DNA of 64,000 nt from an uncultured delta proteobacterium (GTDB lineage Bacteria > Desulfobacterota > RBG-13-43-22). Shown piece after piece: positions 39,154 to 50,130 of this stretch. Under the pieces are notes generated by a model that had not been told where the DNA came from, ran no database searches, and was given only the letters and a program-made list of their open reading frames with translations. The stretch spans positions 480,001-544,000 of the forward strand of contig CAVQFQ010000017.1 in NCBI GenBank assembly GCA_963711835.1, in the 5' to 3' direction. How positions within the stretch are numbered: the first letter of the stretch is position 1; the number at the start of each line of letters is the position of its first letter. The position numbers were made by a program, and so were the translations under genes.

Positions 39154-39225
39154 GTCATTCCGGACGGATCCGGAATCCAGGAAATATCGAACGAAGACCG
39201 TTTCCTGCAACCAAGGCGGGATGAC
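39154..39225. repeat. GTCATTCC-type REP-like remnant
   Basis: GTCATTCCGG...CCGGAATCCAG followed by CCTGC...GCGGGATGAC. Confidence 0.45.
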
Positions 39226-39349
39226 CGAAACCCCGCCGAGGACTATCAGCGGAAGGAATCGGTCTTCGAAGGGAGAATCAAAACCTTGTAGTCATCCTAT
39301 TGTATGCTATATTGAAGATAAAAAAATTTGTTGGAGAGAAAGGAGGAGT

Positions 39350-39988
39350 ATGAAAGGCAAGCAACGGCACAAAGGAAAGAGAAAGGATCTTGTTTTGTTT
39401 TTGGGCGTTAAATCGCTAATGGTGTTTTTATTACTTTTTACTTTTCTTTTTGTGGCGCTTGGGACGGCTCTGGCTGTGCCCCCCGGGCCCCCCCCGCATC
39501 GCCCGGGACCTCATCCTTTCGGACCTCCCCCGGGTCCTCCCCCCGGGCCTCATCCGCCAGGACCGCCGCCCCCCGGCCCTCCCGGGCCCCCTCCGGCAGC
39601 CTTAATGGGTCCTCCGGCCCCCTGGAGGGCCATGGGACCGCCGCCGCCGGGTAGGGTTTGGGCTCATTTCGAAGGGCAATGGCTGGCTGTAGTTCCCCCT
39701 CCCCATGATGGACCATATCTTTGGAACGGAACGGCCTGGGTCATCCCATCCGACCCTCCGCCGGAAGGGTCCGAATGGGTTCCGGGACACTGGACCGATG
39801 ACGGCTGGATAGCCGGCCATTGGGCCGCGGTGCCTGTACCGGGTCCGGGAGTTCATTGGATCCCCGGGCATTGGAAAGGAGCGGTTTGGGTGCCGGGGCA
39901 CTGGAAAGGGCGCCTGCCCAAAGGACAAAGATGGGTCCCCGGCCATCGGGCTCCCGGAGATCGCTGGTTACCAGGCCATTGGAGGTAA
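39350..39988 (+). CDS. Exported proline-rich protein with W(V/I)PGHW repeats (YXWGXW-like)
   Basis: AGGAGG RBS, hydrophobic signal, PPGP runs and five WxxGHW-type repeats. Confidence 0.75.
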   Translation: MKGKQRHKGKRKDLVLFLGVKSLMVFLLLFTFLFVALGTALAVPPGPPPHRPGPHPFGPPPGPPPGPHPPGPPPPGPPGPPPAALMGPPAPWRAMGPPPPGRVWAHFEGQWLAVVPPPHDGPYLWNGTAWVIPSDPPPEGSEWVPGHWTDDGWIAGHWAAVPVPGPGVHWIPGHWKGAVWVPGHWKGRLPKGQRWVPGHRAPGDRWLPGHWR

Positions 39989-40082
39989 ATGGAACAAGCC
40001 CCTGATCCTGATGGACCAGGGGCTTGTCAGGTAATAGTTCTTAATAACCGTCCCATTCTTGGTTTTACCCGGGGGGACTGCC

Positions 40083-41992
40083 TTAGAGGCGGACTTGGGC
40101 CCCGATCTCGATGACCCGGTCGGGAGGAATGCCGAAGAAATTGGTAGGGTTCATGGCGTTCCGGGACATGGCCGAAAAAATAATCTTTCGCCAAGAGGCC
40201 ATCTTGGATTTCCCGGTGATGAAAAGCGACTCCCGGCCCAGGAAAAAAGTGGTGGTGGACAGATCGATTTTTAATCCCTGCTTTCCGGCCAGGGCCATGA
40301 TTTCCGGCACTTTGGGGGTTTCCATAAAACCATACCAAACGGTCAGGCGAAACACGCCCTGACCCAAATCCTCCAATTGGAGACGTTCCTTGGGAGAAAC
40401 ACGGGGGATATCCTGGGCTAGAATGGATAATAGGATGACCCGTTCATGCAGGACCTTGTTGTGCTTGAAATGGTGGAGCAAGGATCCGGGTACACCCCTG
40501 GGGTTGACGGACATGAAGACCGCCGTCCCCGGCACCCGATAAGGATTTTTCCGGGCCAGGTCCTCTAAAAATAAACCTTGACGGAAATTCGTATGTTCAG
40601 GGCCTCGGCCAGGGCCGCCCGGCCGTCCTTCCAGGTGGTCATGCTGACGGCGATGACCAGAGCCAAGCCGATGGTAAACCATCCCCCATCAAGGATTTTC
40701 AACAGGTTCGCACCCAGGTAACTGACATCGAAGCAGAGAAACAATCCCACCAGCAGCCCGGCTTTAAAAGTCGACCATTTCCAGAGTCGGGTAACCACCA
40801 GATAATAAATAATCGAAGTGATACCCATGGTGGCCGTAACCGCTATGCCGTAGGCCCCGGCCAGACGGCTGGATTCCCGAAAAGCCAGGACCAGCCCGAT
40901 ACAGCCGACCATCATGGCCCAGTTCACCTCAGGCAAATAGATCTGTCCCTGTTGGTGGGCCGAGGTATGGACTATACGCACCCGAGGGAGGTAGCCAAGT
41001 TGAATGGCCTGCCGGGTGAGAGAATAAACCCCCGAGATCATGGCTTGAGAGGCAATGATCGTGGCTATGGTGGATAAAATTACCGCGGGATAGATCAGCA
41101 CCTTCGGGACCAAACCGTAAAAAGGATTAAAGGCCTCTTCGGCCTGGGTCATCAAGAGTGCTCCCTGGCCGAAATAATTGAGGAGCAAGGCCGGAAGGGC
41201 CAATCCCAGCCAGGAGATACGGATGGCTTTGAGACTGAAGTGCCCCATATCGGCATAGAGGGCTTCTCCGCCGGTGATACAAAGGACCACCGAACCTAAG
41301 ACGATGAATCCGTGAAGATGGTTGCTGGCGAAAAACCGAAAGGCATACCAGGGATTAATGGCCCCGATAACCTGGGGATTTTTTATTATGGAGGATAAGC
41401 CCAGAAGGGCGATGACTACAAACCAGACGATCATAACCGGTCCGAAAAATTTTCCGATGTCGGCTGTTCCCCGCTTCTGGAAAAAAAAGAGTAGGAAAAG
41501 GATAATGCAGGTGATCGGGATGATGAAGGGTTTGGAGGTTTCGGTAGCCACTTCCAGCCCTTCGATGGCCGAAAGAACGGAAATGGCCGGGGTGATGATC
41601 CCGTCCCCGTAAAGAAGGGCTGCCCCAAAAACCGCCGCCAGTACCGCTAACCTATAACTTCCAGTCGACATTTGATCTTTGGTTTTAAGCAGCAGCGCCA
41701 ATAAAGCAAAAATGCCTCCTTCCCCCCGGTTATCCGCCCTCATGATGAAGCTTACATATTTAAGAGTGACCACAATCAAGAGGGACCAAAAAATAAGGGA
41801 CAGGACCCCGAAGATATTGGTTTCGTTCAAGGCTATGGCGTGAAGACCGTGAAAACATTCGCGGATAGCGTACAAAGGACTGGTGCCGATATCGCCGTAA
41901 ACCACCCCCAATGCTCCCAGGGCCAGGACCAGCAAACGCGGTTTGGCGGTTTCTTCCGTGTCGGAATTATGGGTTTGTTTATTCGTGGTCAT
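40083..41992 (-). CDS. kup: Potassium uptake transporter Kup, frameshift near 40575-40600
   Basis: GVVYGDIGTSPLY, GEGGIFAL, EALYADMGHF, then RVPGTAVF...YGFME in the next frame. Confidence 0.9.
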
Positions 41993-42152
41993 AGCCTAAG
42001 GTAGCCTAAGTTACCTTTTCTTTTGCATTTATGGCAAGATTTTTATTTATCCTGAATGGGATTTCCTTAAAAGATGATTCGGTCAGATTAAGCAAAGAAA
42101 CGATGGGACCCTTCTACGTGGCCAAGGGTTTTAAGGAGGTTTTCTTTGGAAC

Positions 42153-43002
42153 TTATTTATATTGCCACTGAGCAAGCCGGGGGGACCAACGAGAGTGGAG
42201 TTCAACTTCAAGGGGCGTTTCCCCGGCAAGTTTTTGAGCTGCCTCTTGAATCCGTTTAATATCTTCGCGATTATATACGATCCCTCGAACGATCAGTCCG
42301 TATTCAACCAACCCCTCTTCTTTGGGCGTTACGTCCAGCTTAGAAATAGAAAGGGTTGGATCAACGACCAACTCGGCCTTGATCTTGGCCGCCAGGGCCC
42401 TCAACTGCAGGACCTTTCTGGCCTCCTCCGTAACCAATTTATCCTTTTCAAGGAGCGCATCCCGAACAGCGTCTACGGTCTTGTTCAACGGTTGGGTGCT
42501 CAAATCGAAGACCATATCGAATTCTTTCCGATCGTCCCAATTCTTTCCGTAAACCAGGTAGACCGCTCGGGCCATCTCATTATCCACTTTCTCGAGCATC
42601 CAGCGCGCCATCTCCCGGCTCAGGCCCTCCTGTTGGAGGACCCTCTCTACCCTGAACTCCATGGGGGCCTCGGTTCGGACTCGCAGGGCATAGGGGATCC
42701 CCTTAAGGAGAAATTGGCCATCCCTGGCCATCAGAACCACACGGTCTTTCAGGGCATATTGGAGAAGATAACTCTGATTGAGGGCTATAAATCCCCGGTA
42801 GGACCAATCGTATCTTTCCCAAACATTCGGGAAGCGTTCATCAAAATGCTCTGGCCCATTCTTCCCAATGACTTCCGGCGGTCCCCATATCATCAAAAAT
42901 TTTCTTCCGGTTGATATATTCATAGCCAAGGAGTTTCGCTACGGCCCGACCAAGGTCTTTTCCGCCGCTTTCCAATTGTCTCGAAATGGTTAAAATTGCC
43001 AT
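42153..43002 (-). CDS. Cytidylate kinase-like family protein with C-terminal BON-like domain, frameshift near 42850
   Basis: MAILTISRQLESGG start at 43002 joins the listed ORF; paralog of 45327-46130. Confidence 0.7.
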
Positions 43003-43062
43003 CGGCATCTCCTCCAAGAATGAGTGGTATCAAACGGGGCTAAAACGGATCCGGTAGCACGG

Positions 43063-44394
43063 CTATCGTTGAAAGGGAAGAACCCATATCAACATGGCCG
43101 GCAGATAGCAAAAAATCAAAGAGACGACTACATAGGGCACCGTAATACTTAAGAATTCCTTCAGGCTGGTTTTTCTTTGGTCCTCTTTTTCCGCCAAATT
43201 CTTGGCCACAAACAAAGCCGGGGCTCCGGCCACCGTAAGGTTGCTCCCCAGGGTTCCGGCCCAAAGCAACATCCAGTAAAAGGGCCAGGGGTTAATCGCC
43301 TGCTCCTTTGCCAGGTCCCGAATGACATAGAGCATGGTCAGGATATAGGCGTCGTGTTCAACCACCCCGACAATCGGCGCCGTAATCCAATAGAGCAAGC
43401 TGCTGCCTACCGTCAGACTTTGTTTAATATGGGGGGTAATCCCTTTGGAAATCATCGTAATGACCCCCGCCTGCTCCAATCCGCCGACCAGGGCAAAAAG
43501 GGAGATATAAAAAAAGATCGCCCGCCAATCCAATTCGGAAAATACCTGTTCTACATTGGGTATCTCCAAGGTGAAGGCGTTATTAAATATTTCAAAAATC
43601 AGGATCAAGGCCAAGGCCCCCCATAGGGCTATAAACCCCAGGTGGTAGCCAAAAACAGGCCGTAAAGCCATGGCTATAATGGTCAGGCAAAAAACCGAAC
43701 AGGTAATGATCGCGAAGGGTTTGTCTTTAATATAGTCCGAGGGTTTTTCATCGATGGTCGATATATCCATCACCTTTCCCTTATAGGTCTTAGAAAATTT
43801 CCAGTAAAAAAAAGCGATGGTAAAGCAATAGGAAATCAACAGGATGAAGAAAGAGGAGGGACGTCCTTGTTGCCAAATAAAACCGCCGAATTCGATCCCG
43901 GCCACACTGTGCAGCATCTGGGGGGGCAAATCTCCCAGAAGCATGGCGGTCCCCATGAAATTGGCACAAAGACCAATAAATAAGATAGGAACAAAGGAAG
44001 AGAATTTGAACCGCCGGGAGGCGTGAAAGAGGACCGGGGCGAACATTAGAACCACCACGACGTTATCGATCAGCATGGAAATAAATCCAGCCAAGGTCCC
44101 AATGAGCGTTACGAAGAGTGCCACGTTGCCTTTGGATTTTTTAAGGATCAAGGCCGACAAGAAATCCGGGACGCCGGACTTCCCGAAGTATCCCGAGATG
44201 ATCCAGATACTGAGCAGGATGAGGATCACGTTCCAATCCACCATCTGAAAGGCTCGAACCTCGGTCATAACCCCGATAAAGATCATCATCATGATCCCCA
44301 AGAGGGCGGCGATCACACTGTCGATCCAACCCGTGATAATCAACACGATACTGCCAAGGAAAATAATTACCGTCAAAACCTGTAGAAGATCCAT
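43063..44394 (-). CDS. ArsB/NhaD (SLC13-like) ion transporter
   Basis: SMLIDNV, GDLPP, DWRAIFFYISLF and GSNLTVAGA; many TM segments. Confidence 0.8.
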   Translation of the reverse strand: MDLLQVLTVIIFLGSIVLIITGWIDSVIAALLGIMMMIFIGVMTEVRAFQMVDWNVILILLSIWIISGYFGKSGVPDFLSALILKKSKGNVALFVTLIGTLAGFISMLIDNVVVVLMFAPVLFHASRRFKFSSFVPILFIGLCANFMGTAMLLGDLPPQMLHSVAGIEFGGFIWQQGRPSSFFILLISYCFTIAFFYWKFSKTYKGKVMDISTIDEKPSDYIKDKPFAIITCSVFCLTIIAMALRPVFGYHLGFIALWGALALILIFEIFNNAFTLEIPNVEQVFSELDWRAIFFYISLFALVGGLEQAGVITMISKGITPHIKQSLTVGSSLLYWITAPIVGVVEHDAYILTMLYVIRDLAKEQAINPWPFYWMLLWAGTLGSNLTVAGAPALFVAKNLAEKEDQRKTSLKEFLSITVPYVVVSLIFCYLPAMLIWVLPFQR

Positions 44395-44566
44395 AGTCCA
44401 TTCCTTTCAAAATTATGTAGATACTATCATGAAAAAAAATATCCTATTAATATTATTTTTATGCTAAATATAATTATAATATAGCTATATTTCCCAAAGG
44501 CAAGAGATTCGTTTTGTAATTATTAAATAAATCAGTTAGTAGCAAAAAGATAAAATAAAGAGGAAA

Positions 44567-45283
44567 TTGTTGGACTTAGGCATCCTTGGACAAATCCATT
44601 TCACCTGGGAATTTGTTTCCGCGTTTTTAAGCATCGTTCTCATCGATCTGGTCCTGGCCGGTGACAATGCCGTGGTGATTGCCATGGCGGTGCGTTCCCT
44701 GCCTCGAAAACAACGGATGAGAGGCATCGCTTTCGGCGCCGGGGCTGCCGTTATACTCCGGGTGGTCCTCACCTTTTTTGCCGCACAGCTTCTCCTGATC
44801 AGCTTCGTAAAACTTATCGGAGGGGCGGTGATCCTTTGGATCGCCGTTAAGCTCTTTGTCGAGGGCGCTCCAGAGGATAAAAGCCAGCGAGAGGCCAAGA
44901 CCCTCTGGCAGGCCATCTGGGTCATTATCATCGCCGATATTACCATGTCCACCGACAATGTCCTGGCCGTGGCTGGGGCTTCCAAGGGCAATCTGTTTCT
45001 GTTGCTCTTCGGCCTGGGTTTGAGCATTCCCTTTGTGGTTTTTACCAGCAACCTGCTGTCCCTCTTGATGGACAAGTTCCCCATTATCATCTACCTGGGG
45101 GCCGCTGTTCTGGGCCGGGTGGGCGGTGAGATGATGATCACCGATCCTTTCATCGTGGATCTCATCCATCCTTCTAAGACTGCTCAAATACATTACGGAG
45201 GCCTTTTTTACAATCGGGGTGCTGGGTGCTGGAAAACTTTGTATAAAATGGAAAATAGCCAAGGAAGAAAAATTACTGCATGA
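44567..45283 (+). CDS. TerC/YjbE family membrane protein (probable frameshift near 45188)
   Basis: IDLVLAGDNAVVIA and ADITMSTDNVLAVA. Confidence 0.85.
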   Translation: MLDLGILGQIHFTWEFVSAFLSIVLIDLVLAGDNAVVIAMAVRSLPRKQRMRGIAFGAGAAVILRVVLTFFAAQLLLISFVKLIGGAVILWIAVKLFVEGAPEDKSQREAKTLWQAIWVIIIADITMSTDNVLAVAGASKGNLFLLLFGLGLSIPFVVFTSNLLSLLMDKFPIIIYLGAAVLGRVGGEMMITDPFIVDLIHPSKTAQIHYGGLFYNRGAGCWKTLYKMENSQGRKITA

Positions 45284-45326
45284 TTTACCTGAAAGACATC
45301 CACCTCAAAAAGAGGAGTAATCTAAT

Positions 45327-46130
45327 ATGGCCATACTATCCATATCCAGGGAATATCAAAGCGGCGGGCAGGAAATTGGTCAGGCCGTAGCCCAGGAACT
45401 ACGATATGACTTTGTGGATAAAGACCGGATTCTAAGGGACATGAAAGAGGCCGGAGACCAATGGGGCTATTTAGTTCAGGAACTGGACGAAGTTCGTCCC
45501 ACCGTCTGGGAAAAATACGATCGGCAATACCGCAGCTTTATTGCCTTGATCGAGTCCCGTGTTTATGCATATGCGCTTAAAGACCGGGTGGTCATTCTGG
45601 GACGGGGCAGCACGTTTCTCCTACAGGATATTCCCCATGTTTTAAAGGTCCGGATCTTTGCACCCCTGGAAAAACGGATCGAACGGGTCATGATTAAGTT
45701 TGACGTGGACCGGAAAACCGCCGAAAGGCTCATTGAAAAAACCGACCGAACTCGGGCCGGTTATATTCAGGCCATTTATGGAAAACAGTGGGATGATAAG
45801 AAATACTTTGATCTCATCTTTAATACCGGCCTTCAGTCCATAGAGGAGGTTACTCAAGTAATTGCTAAGGCCCTGCAGGAATGGGACCAGCGCGCCACAC
45901 CGGAAGGCCGACAGAAGTTAGCGAATCTTGCCTTGGCCGCTAGGGTAAAGGCCCAGATTTTTGCCAACATCAAATTATGCCTTCCTACCTTGGAAATTTT
46001 TCATGATGGGCAGGCCATCGTGCTGCGGGGTGTAGTCCGCAACCCTAAAGAATCTCAGTTGGTGCAGGAAATCGCCACCACAATCGCCGGCCCTCATCCG
46101 ATTCGAAACGAATTGCATTACCGAACCTAA
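45327..46130 (+). CDS. Cytidylate kinase-like family protein with BON-like domain
   Basis: ISREYQSGG, VVILGRG, FDLIFNT and VLRGVV...NEL. Confidence 0.75.
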   Translation: MAILSISREYQSGGQEIGQAVAQELRYDFVDKDRILRDMKEAGDQWGYLVQELDEVRPTVWEKYDRQYRSFIALIESRVYAYALKDRVVILGRGSTFLLQDIPHVLKVRIFAPLEKRIERVMIKFDVDRKTAERLIEKTDRTRAGYIQAIYGKQWDDKKYFDLIFNTGLQSIEEVTQVIAKALQEWDQRATPEGRQKLANLALAARVKAQIFANIKLCLPTLEIFHDGQAIVLRGVVRNPKESQLVQEIATTIAGPHPIRNELHYRT

Positions 46131-46151
46131 AACGAAACTGGAGGAATGATC

Positions 46152-46289
46152 ATGGATAAATGGACCTTTGGATTCACGATGCTCATCGTCGGTATGGGAG
46201 GCACTCTTCTGACCCTGACCATCATGAGCTTGATTATGGGGTTATTGAAAAAAATCTTTCCCTACAAAGCAAGCGAAGAAGAAAAGTAA
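46152..46289 (+). CDS. OadG-like small single-TM subunit
   Basis: Hand translation MDKWTFGFTMLIVGMGGTLLTLTIMSLIMGLLKKIFPYKASEEEK, directly before oadB. Confidence 0.65.
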   Translation: MDKWTFGFTMLIVGMGGTLLTLTIMSLIMGLLKKIFPYKASEEEK

Positions 46290-46320
46290 TCATAAAATCA
46301 AAGAAGAAAGGACAAAAGAA

Positions 46321-47460
46321 ATGATCGATGCCATCATCAGCGGGCTCTCGGGTCTTGTGGCCGGAACGCTTCATCTCCATTGGTCCAATCCGGTCATGAT
46401 CGCCGTCGGCTGCCTGCTCTTGTATCTGGGGATTAAAAAAGACTTTGAACCCTTACTGCTGGTTCCCATTGGATTCGGCGCCATCATCGTCAATATTCCC
46501 CTGGCCGATCTGATGGAGCCGGACGGTTTTCTCCGGATCATTTATGATGCCGGAATTCTCACCGAACTGTTTCCTCTGCTTATTTTCGTCGGTATCGGGG
46601 CCATGACCGATTTCGGACCGGTTCTGGAGAATCCTTATACCTTTCTCCTGGGAGCGGCCGGCCAATGCGGCATCTTTCTGACCTTGCTGCTGGCCCTGGC
46701 TTTGGGCTTCAAGAACCTTGATGCCGTCACCATCGGCATCATCGGGGCCTGCGACGGGCCTACGGTTATCTATGTGGCTTCCCAGTATGCCCCCCACCTG
46801 CTCGGGGCGGTCTCGGTAGCCGCCTACTCCTATATGTCTCTGGTCCCGGTGATTCAGCCTCCGATTATGCGTCTGCTGACTTCGGAGAAAGAACGACAGA
46901 TCGTTATGAAAACCCATAAGAAAACCGTTTCCAAGACCACCAAGATCATCTTCCCCATCATCATTACCATCCTGGGCGGTCTGGTTGCTCCCATGGGCTT
47001 GCCTTTATTGGCGACCATCATGTTGGGAAACCTGATGAAGGAATCCGGGGCCGTCAGCCGTCTGACCAAGGCTTCGGAAAATGAGATTTCCAATATCGTA
47101 ACCCTCCTTTTGGGTATATCGATCGGGGCCACCATGGCCGGGCCGGCCTTTGTCAAACCCCAGACTCTGATCATTCTGGGCCTGGGACTTTTAGCCATTT
47201 GCCTGGATACCGTCTGCGGGGTCCTGTTTGGAAAACTCTTAAAGGTGATCACCAAGGGCAAGGTGAATCCTTTGATCGGGGCGGCCGGGATTTCGGCCTT
47301 TCCCATGTCGGCCCGGGTGGTCCAAAAAGAAGGCTTTAAATACAACCGGAAGAATTATCTGCTCATGCACGCCATGGGCGCCAATGCCGGGGGTCAGATC
47401 GGATCGGTCCTGGCGGCCGCGGTCATGCTTTCGGTGTTGAAAGGGATGGGGATCATCTAA
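46321..47460 (+). CDS. oadB: Na+-translocating decarboxylase beta subunit
   Basis: EPLLLVPIGFG, GAMTDFGP, GIIGACDGPT, AAYSYMSLVP and LLMHAMGAN. Confidence 0.9.
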   Translation: MIDAIISGLSGLVAGTLHLHWSNPVMIAVGCLLLYLGIKKDFEPLLLVPIGFGAIIVNIPLADLMEPDGFLRIIYDAGILTELFPLLIFVGIGAMTDFGPVLENPYTFLLGAAGQCGIFLTLLLALALGFKNLDAVTIGIIGACDGPTVIYVASQYAPHLLGAVSVAAYSYMSLVPVIQPPIMRLLTSEKERQIVMKTHKKTVSKTTKIIFPIIITILGGLVAPMGLPLLATIMLGNLMKESGAVSRLTKASENEISNIVTLLLGISIGATMAGPAFVKPQTLIILGLGLLAICLDTVCGVLFGKLLKVITKGKVNPLIGAAGISAFPMSARVVQKEGFKYNRKNYLLMHAMGANAGGQIGSVLAAAVMLSVLKGMGII

Positions 47461-47466
47461 ACTACC

Positions 47467-47541
47467 GATACTGGATACTGGATGCTGGTTAATTCTTTCC
47501 GGCATCCGCCATCAAGTATCAAGAATCCAGTATCCAGTATC
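47467..47541. repeat. Inverted heptamer repeat
   Basis: GATACTGGATACTGGAT / ATCCAGTATCCAGTATC. Confidence 0.7.
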
Positions 47542-47575
47542 AAGCCTCAAGGATCGCTTATCGAGAGGATAAAAC

Positions 47576-48694
47576 ATGTCAAGTAAAGTCTATTTTCTGG
47601 ATCTCAAGACTTCACCCAAAGAGAACCGGTTGGAGCGAATCAGCCGCTTGTTGGACCAGGTCCCCTTTGCCAAACCGCTGGTGAAAAACAACCTGGTGGC
47701 GATCAAAGTTCATTTCGGCGAGAAGGGCAACACCGCTTTTGTTAAACCTATTTATTTGCGGCCGGTAACCGATAAGGTGCGGGCCTGGGGAGGCAAGCCC
47801 TTTCTCACTGATGCCAACACCCTCTATGTCGGCACACGGGCCGAAAGCGTTTCCCATCTGCAAACGGCCCTGGAAAACGGTTTTTCTTATACTACCGTGG
47901 GCGCCCCCTTGATCATCGCCGACGGCCTGAAGGGCAAATCGGCCGTCAAGGTCCGTATCGACAAAAACCTGTTCAAAACGGTCTCCATCGCCGCCGACAT
48001 CGTTGATGCCGACGGCCTTATCAGTGTGGCCCATTTCAAAGGGCACGAATTGGCCGGCTTCGGCGGCACCCTGAAAAATCTGGGTATGGGCAGCGCCTCG
48101 CGGGAAGGAAAACTCAGCCAGCATTCCAATATCTCACCCAAGGTGGGGCGTAAAAAATGCATCGGCTGCGGGGAGTGTGTCAGCCACTGTGCCCAAAGCG
48201 CCATCTCCCTTCAGGATGAAAAGGCCCTGATCAATCCTGAAAAATGTGTCGGCTGCGGGGAATGTATCCTGATCTGCCCCCAGGGGACCATCCAGATCCA
48301 GTGGAACGAATCCATCCCCGTCTTTCAGCAGAAGATGGTCGAGTATGCTACCGGAGTGCTGAAAGGAAAAGAAGGCCGGGCCTTATTCCTGAATTTTTTG
48401 ACCGACATCTCCCCGGCTTGCGACTGCTACGGCCACAGCGACCGGCCCATCGTCCGCGATATCGGCATCCTGGCTTCCCTTGACCCGGTGGCCATCGACC
48501 AGGCCTCGGCAGATCTGGTCAACAACGAGCCGGGCAATAAAGATTCCGCCCTGACCAAAAATTATAAGACCGGGGAAGACAAGTTCCGGGGCATTTATCC
48601 CCAGATCGACTGGGAAGAACAATTGCGCTACGGGGAAGAAATCGGTCTCGGAAGCCGGAAATACCAACTGATCCCCCTGGAAGCCAAGTCCTGA
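47576..48694 (+). CDS. DUF362-type Fe-S protein with 2x[4Fe-4S] ferredoxin domain
   Basis: AIKVHFGE, HFKGH, KNLGMG, two CxxCxxCxxxC motifs and DPVAIDQAS. Confidence 0.85.
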   Translation: MSSKVYFLDLKTSPKENRLERISRLLDQVPFAKPLVKNNLVAIKVHFGEKGNTAFVKPIYLRPVTDKVRAWGGKPFLTDANTLYVGTRAESVSHLQTALENGFSYTTVGAPLIIADGLKGKSAVKVRIDKNLFKTVSIAADIVDADGLISVAHFKGHELAGFGGTLKNLGMGSASREGKLSQHSNISPKVGRKKCIGCGECVSHCAQSAISLQDEKALINPEKCVGCGECILICPQGTIQIQWNESIPVFQQKMVEYATGVLKGKEGRALFLNFLTDISPACDCYGHSDRPIVRDIGILASLDPVAIDQASADLVNNEPGNKDSALTKNYKTGEDKFRGIYPQIDWEEQLRYGEEIGLGSRKYQLIPLEAKS

Positions 48695-48734
48695 TCTCGG
48701 GCCGCTTTAGCGCAAAAGCCAAAGGCCAAAGAGG

Positions 48735-49439
48735 ATGCTGGAAGTAAAAAACATTGAGGTCCGCTATACCGGCCTGCCGGTCATTCAGGAGGTTTCTCTG
48801 ACGGTCAACCGGGGGGAATTGGTTTCCGTGGTCGGCGGCAACGGGGCCGGGAAATCCACCCTTTTTAAGGCCATTATGGGGGTGCTGCGTCCCACCCGGG
48901 GCGGGATTCATTTTGAAGGGCAGTCCCTGACCCATTTGGAAACGGCCGATATCGTACGCCGGGGATTGTCCTGCATCCCCGAAGATCGGAAGCTGTTCCG
49001 GCCCCTTTCGGTGGAAGAAAATCTTTTGTTGGGGGCCTATGTCCTGACGGATAAAATGCAAATCCGGGAACTTCTGGAGGAAGTCTATGATCTTTTCCCG
49101 CGACTGAAAGAAAGAAGAAACCAGGCCTCGGCTACCCTCTCGGGCGGAGAACAGCAGATGCTGGCCATCGGACGGGGACTTATGTCCGATCCAAAACTCC
49201 TGCTCCTGGATGAACCGTCCCTGGGATTGGCCCCCATCCTGGTGGACGAGGTCTTTCGGGTGGTCAGGAAGGTGAACGATCAGGGCATGACCATCCTTCT
49301 GGTGGAGCAGAATGTCCGGGAGGCCCTGGAAATATGCACTCGGGGCTATATCCTGCAAACCGGAAGGACCATCCAGGAGGGAAGCGGGGAGGAGCTTCTA
49401 AAAAGCGATACCGTGCAAAAAGCCTTCCTGGGGCTGTAG
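48735..49439 (+). CDS. livF: ABC transporter ATP-binding protein (LivF-like)
   Basis: GGNGAGKST, LSGGEQQMLAIGR and LDEPSLGLAP. Confidence 0.85.
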   Translation: MLEVKNIEVRYTGLPVIQEVSLTVNRGELVSVVGGNGAGKSTLFKAIMGVLRPTRGGIHFEGQSLTHLETADIVRRGLSCIPEDRKLFRPLSVEENLLLGAYVLTDKMQIRELLEEVYDLFPRLKERRNQASATLSGGEQQMLAIGRGLMSDPKLLLLDEPSLGLAPILVDEVFRVVRKVNDQGMTILLVEQNVREALEICTRGYILQTGRTIQEGSGEELLKSDTVQKAFLGL

Positions 49440-49440
49440 C

Positions 49441-50130
49441 ATGGAGAACCCTGTTTACGAATCCCCTCGAGTCCTGCCTTGCGGGGACAGGGCCGTTACG
49501 GTTGAATTCGGGAAAAGCATCGATCCTTACCTTAACCGGAAAGTTCAACTCCTCAGCCGCCAAATTAAATCAAAGCCCTTCCCCGGCTTGATAGACCTCA
49601 TCCCCTCCTACCGCTCCCTATTGATCCAATACGACCCCGGTCTCTGTTCCTATGAAGAACTTTTAAGCCTCATAGAAGGCCGGCTTGCTTCTTCCGGGGA
49701 AATTCAGGACCGGGAATTTCGTCTGGTGGAAATTCCGGTCTGCTATGGGGTGGAATTCGGTCCTGATCTGGAAGAGGTAGCGGCCGGTCATGGAATCACT
49801 GCGGAAGAGGTTATTCGGCTTCATGCGACGCCAATCTATCAGGTCTATCTGATCGGTTTTACCCCGGGCTTTCCTTTTTTAGGCGGATTGGATCCAAGAC
49901 TGTTTACCCCCCGGAAGAAGACGCCCAGAAAATGCGTCCCGGCCGGGAGTGTCGGCCTTGCCGATCAGCAGACCGGCATTTATTCCCTGGACAGTCCGGG
50001 CGGCTGGCAACTCATCGGCCGGACCCCTGTAAAACTCTTTGATCTGAATCGCGAAGACCCTTTTTTCCTTAAACCGGGTGATCAGGTACGTTTCCGCCCC
50101 ATCGGACCGGATGAATTTGGAAACCATTAA
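49441..50130 (+). CDS. pxpB: 5-oxoprolinase subunit B
   Basis: IPVCYG, GFTPGFPFLG and SPGGWQLIGRT. Confidence 0.88.
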   Translation: MENPVYESPRVLPCGDRAVTVEFGKSIDPYLNRKVQLLSRQIKSKPFPGLIDLIPSYRSLLIQYDPGLCSYEELLSLIEGRLASSGEIQDREFRLVEIPVCYGVEFGPDLEEVAAGHGITAEEVIRLHATPIYQVYLIGFTPGFPFLGGLDPRLFTPRKKTPRKCVPAGSVGLADQQTGIYSLDSPGGWQLIGRTPVKLFDLNREDPFFLKPGDQVRFRPIGPDEFGNH

